From Tubiluchus corallicola (lineage: Eukaryota; Animalia; Priapulida): 64,000 nucleotides of DNA. Both the position numbers and the translations under genes were made by a program. The notes under the pieces were generated by a model that worked only from the letters and a program-made list of their open reading frames with translations, had not been told where the DNA came from and ran no database searches. Below are positions 26,146 to 42,087 of the stretch, piece by piece (the stretch's first letter is position 1; each line of letters starts with the position of its first letter). Location of the stretch: assembly GCA_030141605.1 (NCBI GenBank), contig JAQGDQ010000286.1, forward strand, positions 1 through 64,000. Reading direction: 5' to 3'.

Positions 26146-26641
26146 AGGAAAGGACAAATCACTTAACACGTTGGGTTTGTTTTACTGTTATCAATTAAAC
26201 TTAAAGAAATTTAACAAGGAAATGCTAAAAATTTGTTTATAAAACACAAAGTTTGATACTATCACTGTACAGCAATTTGCAGGCGCAGTGGCTGCAGCCA
26301 TTCGCTTAAAATTATGACGTAACAGGTGAACTTCGTAACTTTCCGTAAGCGCATCGTGCGTGTGCCTGTTAAAGTACTCCAAACTTCTGTGGTTTACCTA
26401 ATGTTCATACAAAAAAAAAATCACAATTGAGTTGTGTAATTTTTTGTAAAAACTCCTTATTCCTTTGACACAAATTGATTTCAGTCAACAAATGACGTCA
26501 TCGGTGGAAAATGGCGTTCAAAATAGGAGCGCCCAAGTGTAAAATAATTGAGAGTGCTTATCACACTTTTATTAGTATTCACTCTAATATTTTTCGCAAA
26601 TATTGAAATGGACTAAGTTACCACAAGGGTTTGCTTTTCCT
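26146..26641 (+). mobile_element. Non-autonomous Kolobok-type DNA transposon, family B
   Basis: TCAA|AGGAAAGG...CTTTTCCT|TTAA; homologous copy at 50035-50630. Confidence 0.75.
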
Positions 26642-28439
26642 TTAATATTAAGCAGCGTTTGGCCTGTTTAATAGCTAGATGAGTGAGTGCCAAGAAAACT
26701 ATTTATGGATGAAAGAGTTTAAATATGCAAAAATTAAACAGAAACTAAAAACTGTTGATGTTCATAACGACAACTTGTGATTTACAGAGCCAGTTTTTAC
26801 GGAAGAAGTATGTTATGCAATTAACCTGCTAAAGTTGAAGGAAACATTGCCCGAAGATGTCCTGTATTGCTAGCCGTTGGTGAACAGGCCTCAGACAGAT
26901 AATTGTCTTAACTAGATGGTGCTTGAAAACAAGTTAACTAATCAACAACACGGCATTAAATAAACATAAGAAGTTTTGGGTAACAGAAAATTCTGCTAAC
27001 CCACATTCTAGCATGGAGCAATAGAAAGAGCCCTCTGCAGCTTTACTAGGTAACTACATGCACCGGCAACCGGTTTGTAGCTCTCAAAAAATGGCAAGCT
27101 GTAATTTGTTTGAGAAATTCAGATCTACAGGAGACACGTTACGATGCAGTCCCATTGGCCGTCCTACAGACATTGAATCATTTCAGTCACTGAACTGCAA
27201 GCTGAAGTTCAAATTTGAGCATAAAAATGTGCAAGAGTCCTTTGTTTGGCCACCCAAGATCTTAAAGCAACATGTCAACAGAAAAGAAGGGGACCCAGCA
27301 CCAACCCCTGCGGTCCACCCTAGTGACGTTTAAAAGGTTTTGATAAGCATCTTCAGAAGCATTTACCTGTATACTTACACTGCTGTTACAGATGCCAGGT
27401 AGATTTGCACCTTTACCAAGTCATCTGATGGAACGATAACACGATTCTGCCTTTACACTTGACTTGAAAAGTTTAAAGATATGTCTCTATAGTTATCAGC
27501 AAACAAATGAAAATTGTTACTCGTAAAACCTGCGCATCGAAGCAAGGCATTTATTGTAGGTGATCTATTTCTTATCAAAAGCTAATCTCGTAATTTTGCC
27601 AAGTTTAAAATTGTCAGTTTCTGTACATTATCAGGCACACGAATTAATAAAGAGAAAATAAAGGAAAAAGCAACAAAAAACTTTGGTTCTTGCTTGCTCT
27701 GATTTTGCATCTATAATAATATTCATAATAGATTTGCAGTCGGATTCATAAATTTGTTTTTTTAAGCTGTCAAAATTATATGATGTACTTTTTTAGAAAA
27801 TTGCATTCAAGACATCTTTGGAAATGCTATAAATCTTATAAACTGTTAAACGGAACCCTTTCTATCATTTGGCTTTGTATCACACGATATGTAAGTTTAC
27901 AATTTAGTATTTGTCTTGTTTGCTTCTCGCAATTACACTGTATTTTTATCTAGGTAGATTGTTACGTTAACGTGACCTTTGACTTGAGACAGTTTATGTC
28001 TGAATAAAAGCCTTGTTTTTGCTTATTAAGTGGGTGCTTGCTGTTGTTTTAATTATAACTCTTAAATCTGTGTAAAATGTTATGTAACAAGACAGGCAAA
28101 CTTGTGGATAAGTAGTGCATGATACTGACCACGTTTACAATAAAAAAAAATTGTAAAAAAATAGAATTATACACTCGCTAGAGCTGCTGTGATGTAATTC
28201 CTGATTTATTGTTCTTTTGTTTTTGTTTATTAATTTGTACTGATGTTTTTATGCGGCGATGGGTAGTTACCTTTTACATTAACACATGCATTTGTGTTAA
28301 TAGGACATAATGCTGAAATAAAATTGAAATTCTTACAAATTTAAATTACAATAACTTTTTCTATTAGAGGTAACATATTAAAGGCCTAAAAGTTCAACAA
28401 AAATGTAAAAGAGTTTTATGCGAAAATATGTGCACAAGT

Positions 28440-28760
28440 AAACTGTGTTTAAAGAACAAATAAAAGTATAAATAAATGAGTAATGTAAATACTCGCAAAA
28501 TAAATAAATTTGTAAATTATATAATATGTAAATAATAAATAACAATAAATAAATGAATAATGTAAATGCATGAGAAATAAACAGATTTGTAAATAGCAAA
28601 ATACGTAAATAATTAATAATAAATAAATAAGAAAATAAGTAAATAAATTAGCAAACAATTGCAAACAATTAAATAAATTATTGTATCTGATAAAAAAATG
28701 TCTGATTGAGTGAATGATAGAATTAAGAAATGAATGAACGAACAAGTTAACAAACAAAAC
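28440..28760. repeat. Degenerate (AAAT/GAAT)n low-complexity tract
   Basis: 4-bp periodicity in A-rich sequence. Confidence 0.7.
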
Positions 28761-29456
28761 AATCTGTTTTGTATTTTGCGCGAGGAAAGCATTTAAGCAT
28801 GTGAAGCAGACGCGTTCATGTTCAAATAGTGTAAACTTAGACTTTAAATTGCCAATTTACATTGACAACGATAAGCGTGGTAAGAAGCTTAAAGACGGGT
28901 TGCTGGATCTTAAACTTTGCAATAAGCTGCAACGATAAACACAACAAATACATACTTGACTAGCATAGTTAGGAAGGGAATACCTAGGATTGTGAGATGG
29001 TGGCGCTGCCGATGCTACTGACGGTGGTGGTGGTAGTGATGATGATACCAACGAATACAGAGCCGAATGAAACGCGAATAAAACGTCAATGTTTTTTAAT
29101 AATTTGACTCTCAACTGAGAATGGGTTGACATTTTTGTTTTTCAAAACTGCAAGGTTCTCCTGTGATTTTCTTACCAGTGGTGACACCCTTTTAGCTACC
29201 TCTAAAGACGCATAAGTTTGATTCTGTACTTGTGTAAACGTGCCTCCGCTGTTTGGCGAGCACCTTAATTAGATTCGAATGCTTAATACGGAAATGCACC
29301 TAGTTGCTTATAAGCTGCATATAAATCCATTTGTGAAGTGTGGCGTTCGTAGCCTAAGTAGTGATTACACGAACATTCGATAAGTTGATGCAAGTATTTG
29401 AGTTAAAAGATATTATCTGAGTTAAGTAGCTCCTGAAATATGTAGTTTCAAGTTCA

Positions 29457-29908
29457 CATTTTTTAACTAATTCACCTTAATGATCTTTTTATTTTTGCCG
29501 ACTATAATCGCACATGTACCTCAAACACAGTTTCACGTTTGAGTGATCAAAATTTGTGTTTGGCTGTGAAGTTAAGCACTGCTAAACCTGATTAGCAAAA
29601 GGATTTACATTTCTTAACTAAGTCACCTCAATGATCTTTTTATTTTTGCCGACTATAATCGCACATGTACCTCAAACACAGTTTCACGTTTGAGTGATCA
29701 AAATTTGTGTTTGGCTGTGAAGTTAAGCACTGCTAAACCTGATTAGCAAAAGGATTTACATTTCTTAACTAAGTCACCTTAATGATCTTTTTATTTTTAC
29801 CGACTATAATCGCATATGTACCTCAAACTCAGTTTCACGTTTGAGTGATCAAAATTTGCGGTTGGCTATGAAGTTAAGCACTGCTAAACCTGATTAGCAA
29901 AAGGATTT
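29457..29908. repeat. 151-bp tandem repeat, 3 copies
   Basis: AACTAA(T/G)TCACCT at 29465, 29616 and 29767; the units are nearly identical. Confidence 0.97.
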
Positions 29909-30208
29909 GTTAATGACTTTTGTAACTGCTAGGAAAATTGGCTGTTGTATCATAATTTGCACGTAACACACAGTAAGCAAATTTATTCCTGTTTCTCTCT
30001 GACCTGGAGGCAGTAAAGCCGTTTTTTCTAAAAATTGCCTGATTCAAAGCATTTCGTTCACGAGTTGCGCACGCATAATGAGAAATACCGAACTGTCTCT
30101 TTTACCGCGTTAAACTCAGGTATTTCTCAATTTCTTTCTACTGGTTTAGAGTTACAAATTGCATTGGTATTCATGACATTAAGCCGGGCCAGTAATATTC
30201 TACATTAA

Positions 30209-30814
30209 AGCAAAACCAGGCCGAATCTTAAACTGTAGGTAAAAATAATCTACTCTTTAAAATATTGAAAGAAAACATACTATTTTTTTCAAAAATGGCT
30301 TACGTATGAAGGAGTTATTACCACACAACCGAAAGTTCACATTTGCGCCACTAGTTCTTCGCTGTTACACCATTTCGCCGCTAGTTAGACGCCTGCATTT
30401 CGGAAACGCATTGCACAAAAACAGGTGCTGTACCTCTCGGTTCAGATGTGTTAGCTTGTGACGAACTACACACGTTCGACAGCTCATGCGCGAGCACAGC
30501 GCTAAATTTGAAATTTGAACTTTTATCTTAAAACTTGCCTAGTTTTAGCACAACACACGGAATATCTTACAGTAGCACTGCACGTCAATTTACACCTCCG
30601 CAAACACGTGCAACGCGCTCGTGGAATATTTTTGCTGTTGAAGATTATGTTCGTTTGTGATGTCATCAATAGTTGAGCTCGCCCGCCGTTAAGTAAGTTT
30701 TTAATCTATTATTTAATTATCAGAAACGCTTTTGCAGTATCAATTGTGTTAAAATGTATACTTTTTATCGGATTTGAAAATGGGGTAGTATATGAAAAAT
30801 CATCCTGTCTTCCT
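30209..30814 (+). mobile_element. Kolobok-type family A copy
   Basis: TTAA|AGCAAAACCAGG...CCTGTCTTCCT|TCGA; colinear with the other copies. Confidence 0.82.
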
Positions 30815-31217
30815 TCGACCTTGTTGTACAAGTGTCTGTGGTGTACTATTATGGAGAAATCATTGTTCCTATATTATTATTATTATTAAAGAACTAGGTT
30901 AGGTAGGTTAGGTATAATTAGTGTATAAAATAGCTATTTTCATTGCCCTATGATTGCAACGCGAGTCGAATGTGTGTCAGCTTGCAAATTCAGACGTAAT
31001 TATGCAAGAAGCTGATTACTGTTTTTAGAAGTCGATTAAATTCATTTAGTAATATTTTAATACAATGTATTTTAAATTCTCATATTCGTATGAATTCCTA
31101 CATTTTAGCAAATGAAAGACACTTTTTATGAACGTATATTTATACCTATGTATTTACTGCAAATAAGTTTCTACGTTAGTTTTTAGTAGTGTTTTTATGT
31201 ATTTATATATTTGATCT

Positions 31218-31605
31218 ATATTATATTATGTTATGTTATGTTGTGTTGTGTTGTGTTGTGTTGTGTTGTGTTGTGCTGTGTTGTGTTATGTTATGTCATG
31301 TCATGTCATGTCATGTCATGTCATGTCATGTCATGTCATGTCATGTCATGTCATGTCATGTCATGTCATGTCATGTCATGTCATGTCATGTCATGTCATG
31401 TCATGTCATGTCATGTCATGTCATGTTATGTTATGGTATGTTATGTTATTATGTTATGTTATATTATTTTATGTTGTGTTATGTTATGTTATGTCATGTC
31501 ATGTCATGTTATGTTATGTTATGTTATGTTGTGTTGTGTTGTGTTGTGTTGTGTTGTGTTGTGTTGTGTTACCTTAAGTTACGTTACTTTACATTACATT
31601 ACATT
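31218..31605. repeat. Compound pentanucleotide microsatellite (TATGT/TGTGT/CATGT)
   Basis: 5-bp periodic array made of blocks of single-base variants. Confidence 0.97.
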
Positions 31606-33576
31606 TTATATATAGATTTTATCTATAAATTTAGTGTAATATTAGTACAATTAAATAATGAAAACGAAACTCTGTGAACTGATTTAAGCAGGAAAAGACT
31701 TCAAACCAAGATTTGTGACTTCAGCCAATCGAAAAAGACACCAGGAACTGAAACTATTGTTTTTCTAACAATAGTTCGTCAGCATTGTCGTGATTGTGCC
31801 ATGATGGAGTAGACGAGTGAAAGCAGGAACATTTAATAATGTTTTCTAAAACTACCGGAGGCTATAGCGAACTTATATAAACGTATTTTCAGACGGAGAA
31901 CTTCTAAAATTGCATGTTTTGTGCACAGTAATCATATAATTAATGCCGCGTGTAAGAAATTCATTGACTCAAGAAGACGACCAGTTAAAGGAAGTGGATT
32001 TTTTTCTATCTCAGTTTACAGATCGTGTTTGTTTCAATAGGCGTGCACAACTCTTGAACAAAATGCGTTGCGTTAGACAATTTCCAGAGAAATGTTTCTT
32101 GCGGCCCCGAGGCTAGAAAGGAAATTGGAAGAAGTTCTCAATGTGCCCTGAGAGTTACGTTGTAGATTCCGTATATTGTTGCAATCGTACGCCATTTTGC
32201 TTGCTTACAAGATGAAGATCTTCTCTAGAACTGTGTGCCTGTATTAACCCTTGCCTTTTCCAGTACGTCTACCAGCTGTAAATTTCAAAACTCTAGTCTA
32301 TTTTGAATAAACAATTGTAACTTATGTGACTGCAAAGTTTAAGTGTGGTAATGCAAAATTAGTTTTTTATCCATTGTCTCCTGGACTGCATATCAGGTCC
32401 AGGGGCACTTCCATTCTAGATTCACAAATTGAACAAACGAATGTGGAAAGACAAAAATGCTTCCTATGTTAGTACATTCTAGTTTTAGATGATGGTGTTC
32501 CGTATGTTTGAAATATAAAATAAATAAGAGCAAAAATTTGTTACTGCTCAGCATTATAGCACTACTGTGCCGTGACTGTAATCAACTATAATAAACCTTT
32601 TCACAGTTCCAGCGATTGATGATGATCATGAAAAGATCAAAGGTCAGCTGTGCCAGACAACGCATTTGTGTGCACTTGACAACACCTAGCAGCCCGTGCT
32701 ATTGTAATATTTACATTTTTAACAGCTATCTAGTACCTTATTTGGTTCATTTTTTCTTGTTCTCAAGCAAGATTCTGCTAGTAAATCACTCTACGCACAG
32801 ACTAATGAATCATTAAGTAAAGTCCACACAACACAACTGAAGTTACACATCTGATGCGGCAGACGGCTTTGCTTTACCCACACATCACTTGACGCTTGTA
32901 GTTAAGACGCGTTACTGCGCTGCACATAACCATTGACCTACAGCAACTGCGCGTGCGCACAACGCAACTAACAACACACAGACTAATACATAATTAAGCA
33001 AAGTTACTTACTCACTCACTGACCTACTTCAACAGAACAATTTACAAAAACAATAATTATATCATTTTATTTTCATGATGAAGGGACATCTTGAAGTTAT
33101 AAACCATCCAGTATGGTCAACCGGTCGACAGGTCACCCTATTGGCAACACTGAACTAAACTAAGTATAGGAAATGAGATTTTTCGATACACAAAGCGCCC
33201 GGGAAAAAGCTGTCAACGATCGTTTAACGCTCTCATGCACTGCTAACACAAGGGAGGGATTCATAGTGTTAACATACTGATCAGTGCAGTAAGGCAGCAG
33301 TAATGCACAATGACAGGCAACCGGTAAGCCAACAATTCCTTCACATTTTCGTAAACTTTTACTGAAAATAATTTGGAAACTGGAACTGCATGACAAATGC
33401 AAGTTTAACAAACTGCATGTACACATTTTTATAAACATATGGGGAGGAAATGCGCATGCATACTCAGCGCTGTGGCTTTGGGAGTTACCGAAATTATTAT
33501 GACGACTACAACTTTGCTTGAATTTTATACATTTCCTATTTTAAAAGAGGGAGGTACGTTAAACCTAACAAAAATC

Positions 33577-34062
33577 TGGGCTGAGAATCGTATATGCTCT
33601 TACTGTTTAAGAAATGAAATCGAAGACGAATTACACTTTGTTATAGAATGCTCATATTACAATGATCTTAGAGGAAAATTATCTAATCACATCAATGTAA
33701 TTAAACCAGAATTTTTTCTTATGAGCGATGCTGATAAATTTTTATTCCTGATGGGAAGTAATGATTTAGAAGTAATTAAGGTATTTATTGATTATGTTGA
33801 AAAAGCGTTTTTAAGACATGATGAACAATATACTATGTTATGATCACATCGTTGAAATTGAGGTCAGATGAGTGATAATCTATTTTAAATACTAATCGTT
33901 AAACTTTTCATTCAAATAATTAAAATAATTAACAGGAAGATTTAATAATATTTGTTTTATCAGTAATTGTTTTGTTTGTCTGTAGTGTCATTATATTTCA
34001 AAATTGAAACTGTATATATGTCTTATTTTTTGCATTTTTGGCACTAATAAATATAAAATATA
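33577..34062 (+). mobile_element. 5'-truncated non-LTR retrotransposon 3' end (ORF2 CCHC zinc-knuckle C-terminus, RTEX-like)
   Basis: Translation ENRICSYCLRNEIEDELHFVIECSYYNDLR...KFLFL, stop at 33843, AT-rich UTR, AATAAA and an A-rich tail; second copy at 47603-47990. Clade assignment is from memory of the motif. Confidence 0.85.
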
Positions 34063-34374
34063 AATTGCTGATTTACTGAAAATAAAGATAAAAAGTACTC
34101 ACTCAGGTCTCTACTTCATTTATTATTAACATAAATGTTTATTTTCCCTATATTTTTTATATATCCTTTGATATAACTATCTGTTATAGTGCATATCTTT
34201 TAATAGTCAAAATATTTAATAGAGTAATATTTTTGTAATAAAAGTGCATGCTATATAAGATAGTGTTATTTTTACTGTATTTTATACGGCATTCTTATGT
34301 AGTGAAATAAACTTTAAATTAAAATTAAATTAAAGCTACAATATTTCAAAGACTCAAAGAATTTATTATTATTA

Positions 34375-34637
34375 TATCTTAAAACTTGCCAGTACAACAC
34401 ACTGAATATCTTACAGTAGTATTGTACTTCAATTTACACCTTCGCACACACGTGCATTTTTGCTGTTGAAGATTATGTTAGTTTGTGATGTCATCAATAG
34501 CTGAGCTCGCCCGCCGTTAATTAAGTTTTTAATCTATTATTTAATTATCAGAAACGCTTTTATAGTATTATTGATAATGATACTTTTTACCGTACTTGAA
34601 GATGAGGGTAGTATATAAAAAATCACCCTGTCTTCCT
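34375..34637 (+). mobile_element. Kolobok-type family A, 3' half
   Basis: TATCTTAAAACTTGCC...CCTGTCTTCCT|TTGA, homologous to the full copies. Confidence 0.8.
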
Positions 34638-35029
34638 TTGATAGACTTTCCTCACACTACCTTTTTGCACCTTTTACCCTACCTGAATGCACATTTACCT
34701 GCGTATACTGAAGTGACCAGAAATTGCAATAAAAACAACATGTGCAAAAGGCATACGATGTTGCAGTAACAGCAGTACGTATAGCGTGAGTGCTAAGCTA
34801 TAATAAATTTGAATCGCTGGCTTAATCTTCTAAATCCCGCCATTCAATCAGTCCAACAATTACTTTCAATTAGCAGTTGTCATGACAACGCATCACAAGC
34901 GTTTAATCAAATCTCGTACAAGACTATACAGGAAAATACAGAAAATGTGCAGGAAATTTATTCGAGTGTCAAAACGTTGAGAAGACTGTAAAGTCACTGG
35001 TGCAATAATAATCACCCGTCCAATATCTA

Positions 35030-35420
35030 AATCATCACCATCCTCATCATCATCATCGTCGTCGTCGTCGTCGTCATCATTATCATCATCACCACCACCA
35101 CCACCACCACCACCACCACCATCATCATCATCGTCGTCGTCGTCGTCGTCGTCGTCATCATCACCATCATCATCTTAATCGTCATCATCACCATCGTCGT
35201 CGTCGTCGTCGTCATCATCATCATCATCATCATGGTCATCATCACCATCATCATAATCTGCATCATCATCACCACCACCACTGCACCACCACCACCATCA
35301 CCACTACCACCACCACCATCATCATCATCATCGTCATCATCATCATCATCACCGTCATCATCATTATCATCACCATCACCTTCATCATCGTTATCGTCGT
35401 CGTCGTCATTATCATTATCT
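35030..35420. repeat. (CAT/CAC/CGT)n compound microsatellite
   Basis: Direct reading. Confidence 0.95.
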
Positions 35421-35504
35421 TTGTGCACACATCTTTTTGTTTTTACGGTAAATACGTAAAATCAGTAACTCTTATAACTTGATAACTTTGGTGCAAGTAG
35501 TATA

Positions 35505-35570
35505 GTGGCAGAACTGGGAGTCGAACTCACACCCGCATGCTTACTATAGGACGTCGACTCATAATGCCAG
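35505..35570 (-). pseudogene. Degenerate tRNA-like / SINE-head fragment
   Basis: Minus strand GTGAGTTCGACTCCCAGTTCTGCCA resembles a T-arm/B-box plus acceptor end. The D and anticodon arms are not recoverable. Confidence 0.3.
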
Positions 35571-36173
35571 GTGAATTAGTGGGAAATCTCAGAGTCTGTA
35601 GAATCTTCACATACAAGAGACAAGACAGTGATAATTACGAAGGCGGCAATTGCACAATGTCGTCTGCTCTCTGGTCGTGTCAGCTTTAGCATGAGTTATG
35701 AAAGTTAGAAGTAGAAGAAGAACCACGGATACCAGTTTATAAACGCCAGAGGTGCCGATGTAAGAGATAAACTAACCATTTGTGATCGCCCGTCCATTTA
35801 TGGGTCAACAATGTACTCCTCCTCGACTTGAACAATTACAATTTGCAAAATTTCGCTCAGTTTCCCGTGCAGACAATTATTTGGGGGTGGGGAGAGTGGA
35901 GGGCTTGTCTTAGTCTCTTTAAGTACGCATGACTTACTATGAAAACGTCACATTCCGATGGCGACCCTTAAAATCGTTTAAAAGTGAAAAAATGGAAAAA
36001 GTTTTGCCTCATTCGGGTTTGTTGCTCGTTTTTTTTAATAAAAGAAGCGGTGTTACAGTAGATTACTAAAAGAAGTTTTTATTTTTGAGTGCGGGGCAGC
36101 TTCGGTGCTCAGTTAACATTGGGAACATAAAAAAACCATGTGTATCTATTACGTAATTGTATGTAAATTAAAA

Positions 36174-36960
<787 letters not shown>

Positions 36961-37325
36961 TTCTTTTCTACTCATTTTTCTTCCTTGTATTTACTCTTCT
37001 CGAGTGGTTACGACTGTAAATGCTTTTATGAAAGTTCAGCTATTTTACAGAAGAAATGCTTGGCGTGTCACATGTCAGCATATGAGCTGCCCCCTAGCTG
37101 CAGCCTTTGATTAAGAAAGTTATTGTTATTGCAAAAGCTTCTGCTAATGCTATATTGAACTATTGTGTATTGTACATAAACCGAGTGAAAACTTTTGTTT
37201 CATATTACGTAAGCCGAGAAATGGGTTTATTGTTTCGCCAGAGGCAGCACGATATCTTAATCTTACATGTGTGACAGGCGAAGCCACAAAGGCTTTAGTT
37301 TGTGAAATGCACCGTGAAAGACGAA

Positions 37326-37343
37326 TAGAGAGAAAGGGAGGGA

Positions 37344-37397
<54 letters not shown>

Positions 37398-37453
37398 AGA
37401 GAGAAGAGAGACAGAGAGAGAGCGAAAGAGAGAGAGAGAGAGAAGAGAGACAA

Positions 37454-37502
<49 letters not shown>

Positions 37503-37584
37503 CGAAAGAGAGAGAAAGAGAGAGAAAGAGAGAGAAAGAGAGCGAAAGAGAGAGAGAGAGAGAGAGACAAAGAGAGAGAAAGAA

Positions 37585-37632
<48 letters not shown>

Positions 37633-37673
37633 AAAAACAGAGAGAGAGAGAGATAGATAGAGAAAGAAAAAAC

Positions 37674-37711
<38 letters not shown>

Positions 37712-37727
37712 CGAAAGAGAGAGAGAA

Positions 37728-37774
<47 letters not shown>

Positions 37775-37941
37775 AAGAAAAAACAGAGAGAGAGAGAGAG
37801 AGAGAGAAAAAACAGAGAGAGAGAGAGAGAGAAAGAGAGAGAAAGAAAAAACACACACAGAGAGAGAGAGAGAAAAAACAGAGAGAGAGACAGAAAGAAA
37901 AAAACAGAGAGAGAGAGAGAGTGCGAGAGAGAGAGAGAGAA

Positions 37942-38006
<65 letters not shown>
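37326..38006. repeat. Long interrupted (GA)n tract
   Basis: About 680-bp purine tract with recurring AAAGAAAAAAC and GCGAAA interruptions. Confidence 0.97.
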
Positions 38007-38011
<5 letters not shown>

Positions 38012-39050
38012 AGGGAATAGAAATGTCCATGAAATAGCCATGTTTGCAGTTTTGACCATTGTCCACTTTCTGCAATTCATACGCTAGTCAGTAAAGCCGC
38101 AAGATTACAGCTTTTATTCAGAGGGAATGTTTGATACGTTTGTATATCTCTGAGATGCCTCCGTAATTGTTCCTGCTCTTGCTGTCAATTCTAGCGTAAA
38201 ATGGCTTTTAACGACTTTGAAATGAGCAAGAATGAAGTGCAGAATTGTAAAGATGTTCGCCCCTCCTTTTAGAAGTTTCTTGGCCGTCCTGCAAATTTAC
38301 GAGGGGTGGGTAGCTCTAGCGGAGGTGGTTTCACGAAGTATGATCCAAAACTAAACTATAATGACCACATTAGTACATTAGCCTTAGAAAACACGAATTT
38401 ATTGTTTTGTTTAACATGTGTTTGATAACATCTACAGAGAAGTATGGTCAACCCCCCTCACAACCCCAACCCCAGAAGTTCAACGTCTACTGTTCTAGAA
38501 TATGATTGTTTATATGCAAATGACTTCTTTCTATTCAGACTGGATTAGTTACAGCATTCTATCCACCTCAATTGTATTTGTGTGAAAGATGGCCAAAATG
38601 TCATCGTGGTGGATTTGACCACCGCTGTTCTGTAGTGGACAAACGATTAAATTGTTGACCATCGTGCCTTTCTTTGGTAGGAAACAACAGGGTGACAGTT
38701 TTGTCCACAAGGCCTGTGTTGGTCACACTAATCTTGGTATGATAATTTGGGATCTATTCAGTTTGAGGGAGAGGTTTTGATGTCAGTTTAGACTCTTGGG
38801 ACTTTGGGAGCTCTGAGATTAAAAAGGGGCATGCGTTTAGAAACAGTAATTCTCTCTGTGTCTACCTGTTGTTCTCGCTTCTACTAGTTTTGTTACGAGT
38901 GACATATAGAAATTACAAATGAAATATGCTTAGGCCTACGTATTATAACACGTATTCCTATATTTACTTATACTTACACTTTACATGTAGTTGTCTCTGT
39001 AATTTCTATGATTTTTATTCTTGTATATCTATCTACCTTACAGTTGACAA

Positions 39051-40222
<1,172 letters not shown>

Positions 40223-40324
40223 CATATTACAAAGGTTAAAAAGTTCACAATAACAAAGCTTCTTTTGGTATCAGGAAAAAGAAATCTAACACTTCATTAT
40301 GATACTTGCAGAAATAAGCGTTTT

Positions 40325-40505
40325 TCATTCATAAGCTTTTAAAATATTAAAACAGATCTCAAATACATGCTATTCATAATTGAAATTTATAATATAAAAT
40401 CTACATTGTTGAATCTTCTTCTAGTTTCACTTATTAAATGACAGCCCATCAAAACTTGCTTTTCAGTTTGCATTTCTCCACAGCTACAAAGTCTCTGTCT
40501 TCTAT
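40325..40505 (-). mobile_element. Degraded LINE ORF2 C-terminal zinc-knuckle remnant
   Basis: Minus strand RQRLCSCGEMQTEKQVLMGC..R, then after a disruption VFEICFNILKAYE*. This matches the RLC-CG-xQTExH-C pattern of non-LTR ORF2 ends (His mutated). Confidence 0.6.
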
Positions 40506-41519
40506 CTACGTTACTTAAATCTTCATGTTGATCGACTTTAGTAGAACATAATCTTGATGCAGAAATCTTATGCTTAAAGCAGTTACACCAGCTAAACAAG
40601 TTAACACCACATATGGACATTTCTCGCCTCGTGTGCCAGTAATAAATATTCGCTAATTAATCTAGTATAAATGTAGTTTTAATCACTCTTATGAGGAGAC
40701 CTCTAATCAGTGGGAGGGGGAGATGAATGGTGCTCAAGAAGGGGAGCAGATGGGAGGCGTTACGCTTCGTTAACCAATTTGACGCACCTGAGACGGGTAA
40801 TTACTAAAACGATCATCATCGTTTGCGCATGCGTATAATGTATCATTGGCATTGACACACGTTAAAACAAAATAAAGCTTATAAGGTTGTGTATTAGCAC
40901 TTTTAATGATGAAATTTATAATATAACGTGTAAATCACAATCCATTATTATTTTTTAAAAAATATTAAAATTACAAATGTCATTTTGATTGTAGCTAGAT
41001 ATCGTATTATCCATGTTATTATAGTTGAGAGGAGTTAACAAGATTGCTGGTTTAATTGCGATGGGTGCCTGCTTTGTTTGCAGAGGTACGCGATTGCAGT
41101 TTAAACTGTTTGTGGCGTGCTAACTTGTTTGATCTAATCTTTTGTTACAATCACTATATTTTACACTTACCCTCGACGATAAACAAAATTATTTCATTCA
41201 GTCTTTGAAATGAAATTAATATCATATATATTTTTCTCTTTTGAAATTTTTCTTAACTTTAAATATGTTTTGCAGATTGTTTTGCAAAATATTTTTGACA
41301 TTTATTTCTACAAAAAACTTCCGTCATTTTATTATCCTCCTTCTTTCGTTTTTTCTTTATTTTCCGTAAGATGTTTATAAACAAGTAGCAACGGGATACA
41401 ATGCTTCTTTTTGATGATTGAAATGTATCAACTGTTAGTAAGCTTTGTAAGTGTATCAGTAAATTTTGAAAATAACAGTATTATAAAAATCCATTTACAA
41501 TATCTGCATTATATATATA

Positions 41520-42087
<568 letters not shown>

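Noticed and set aside
32020-32195. THAP-like remnant on the minus strand (AYDCNN...FFQFP)
   Set aside because: Needs frameshifts and lacks the conserved W and CxxHF residues; compatible with chance.
33439-33843. 134-aa host zinc-finger gene
   Set aside because: The C-terminal part is a LINE ORF2 end with a paralogous fragment at 47.6 kb, and the N-terminal part is fortuitous flank.
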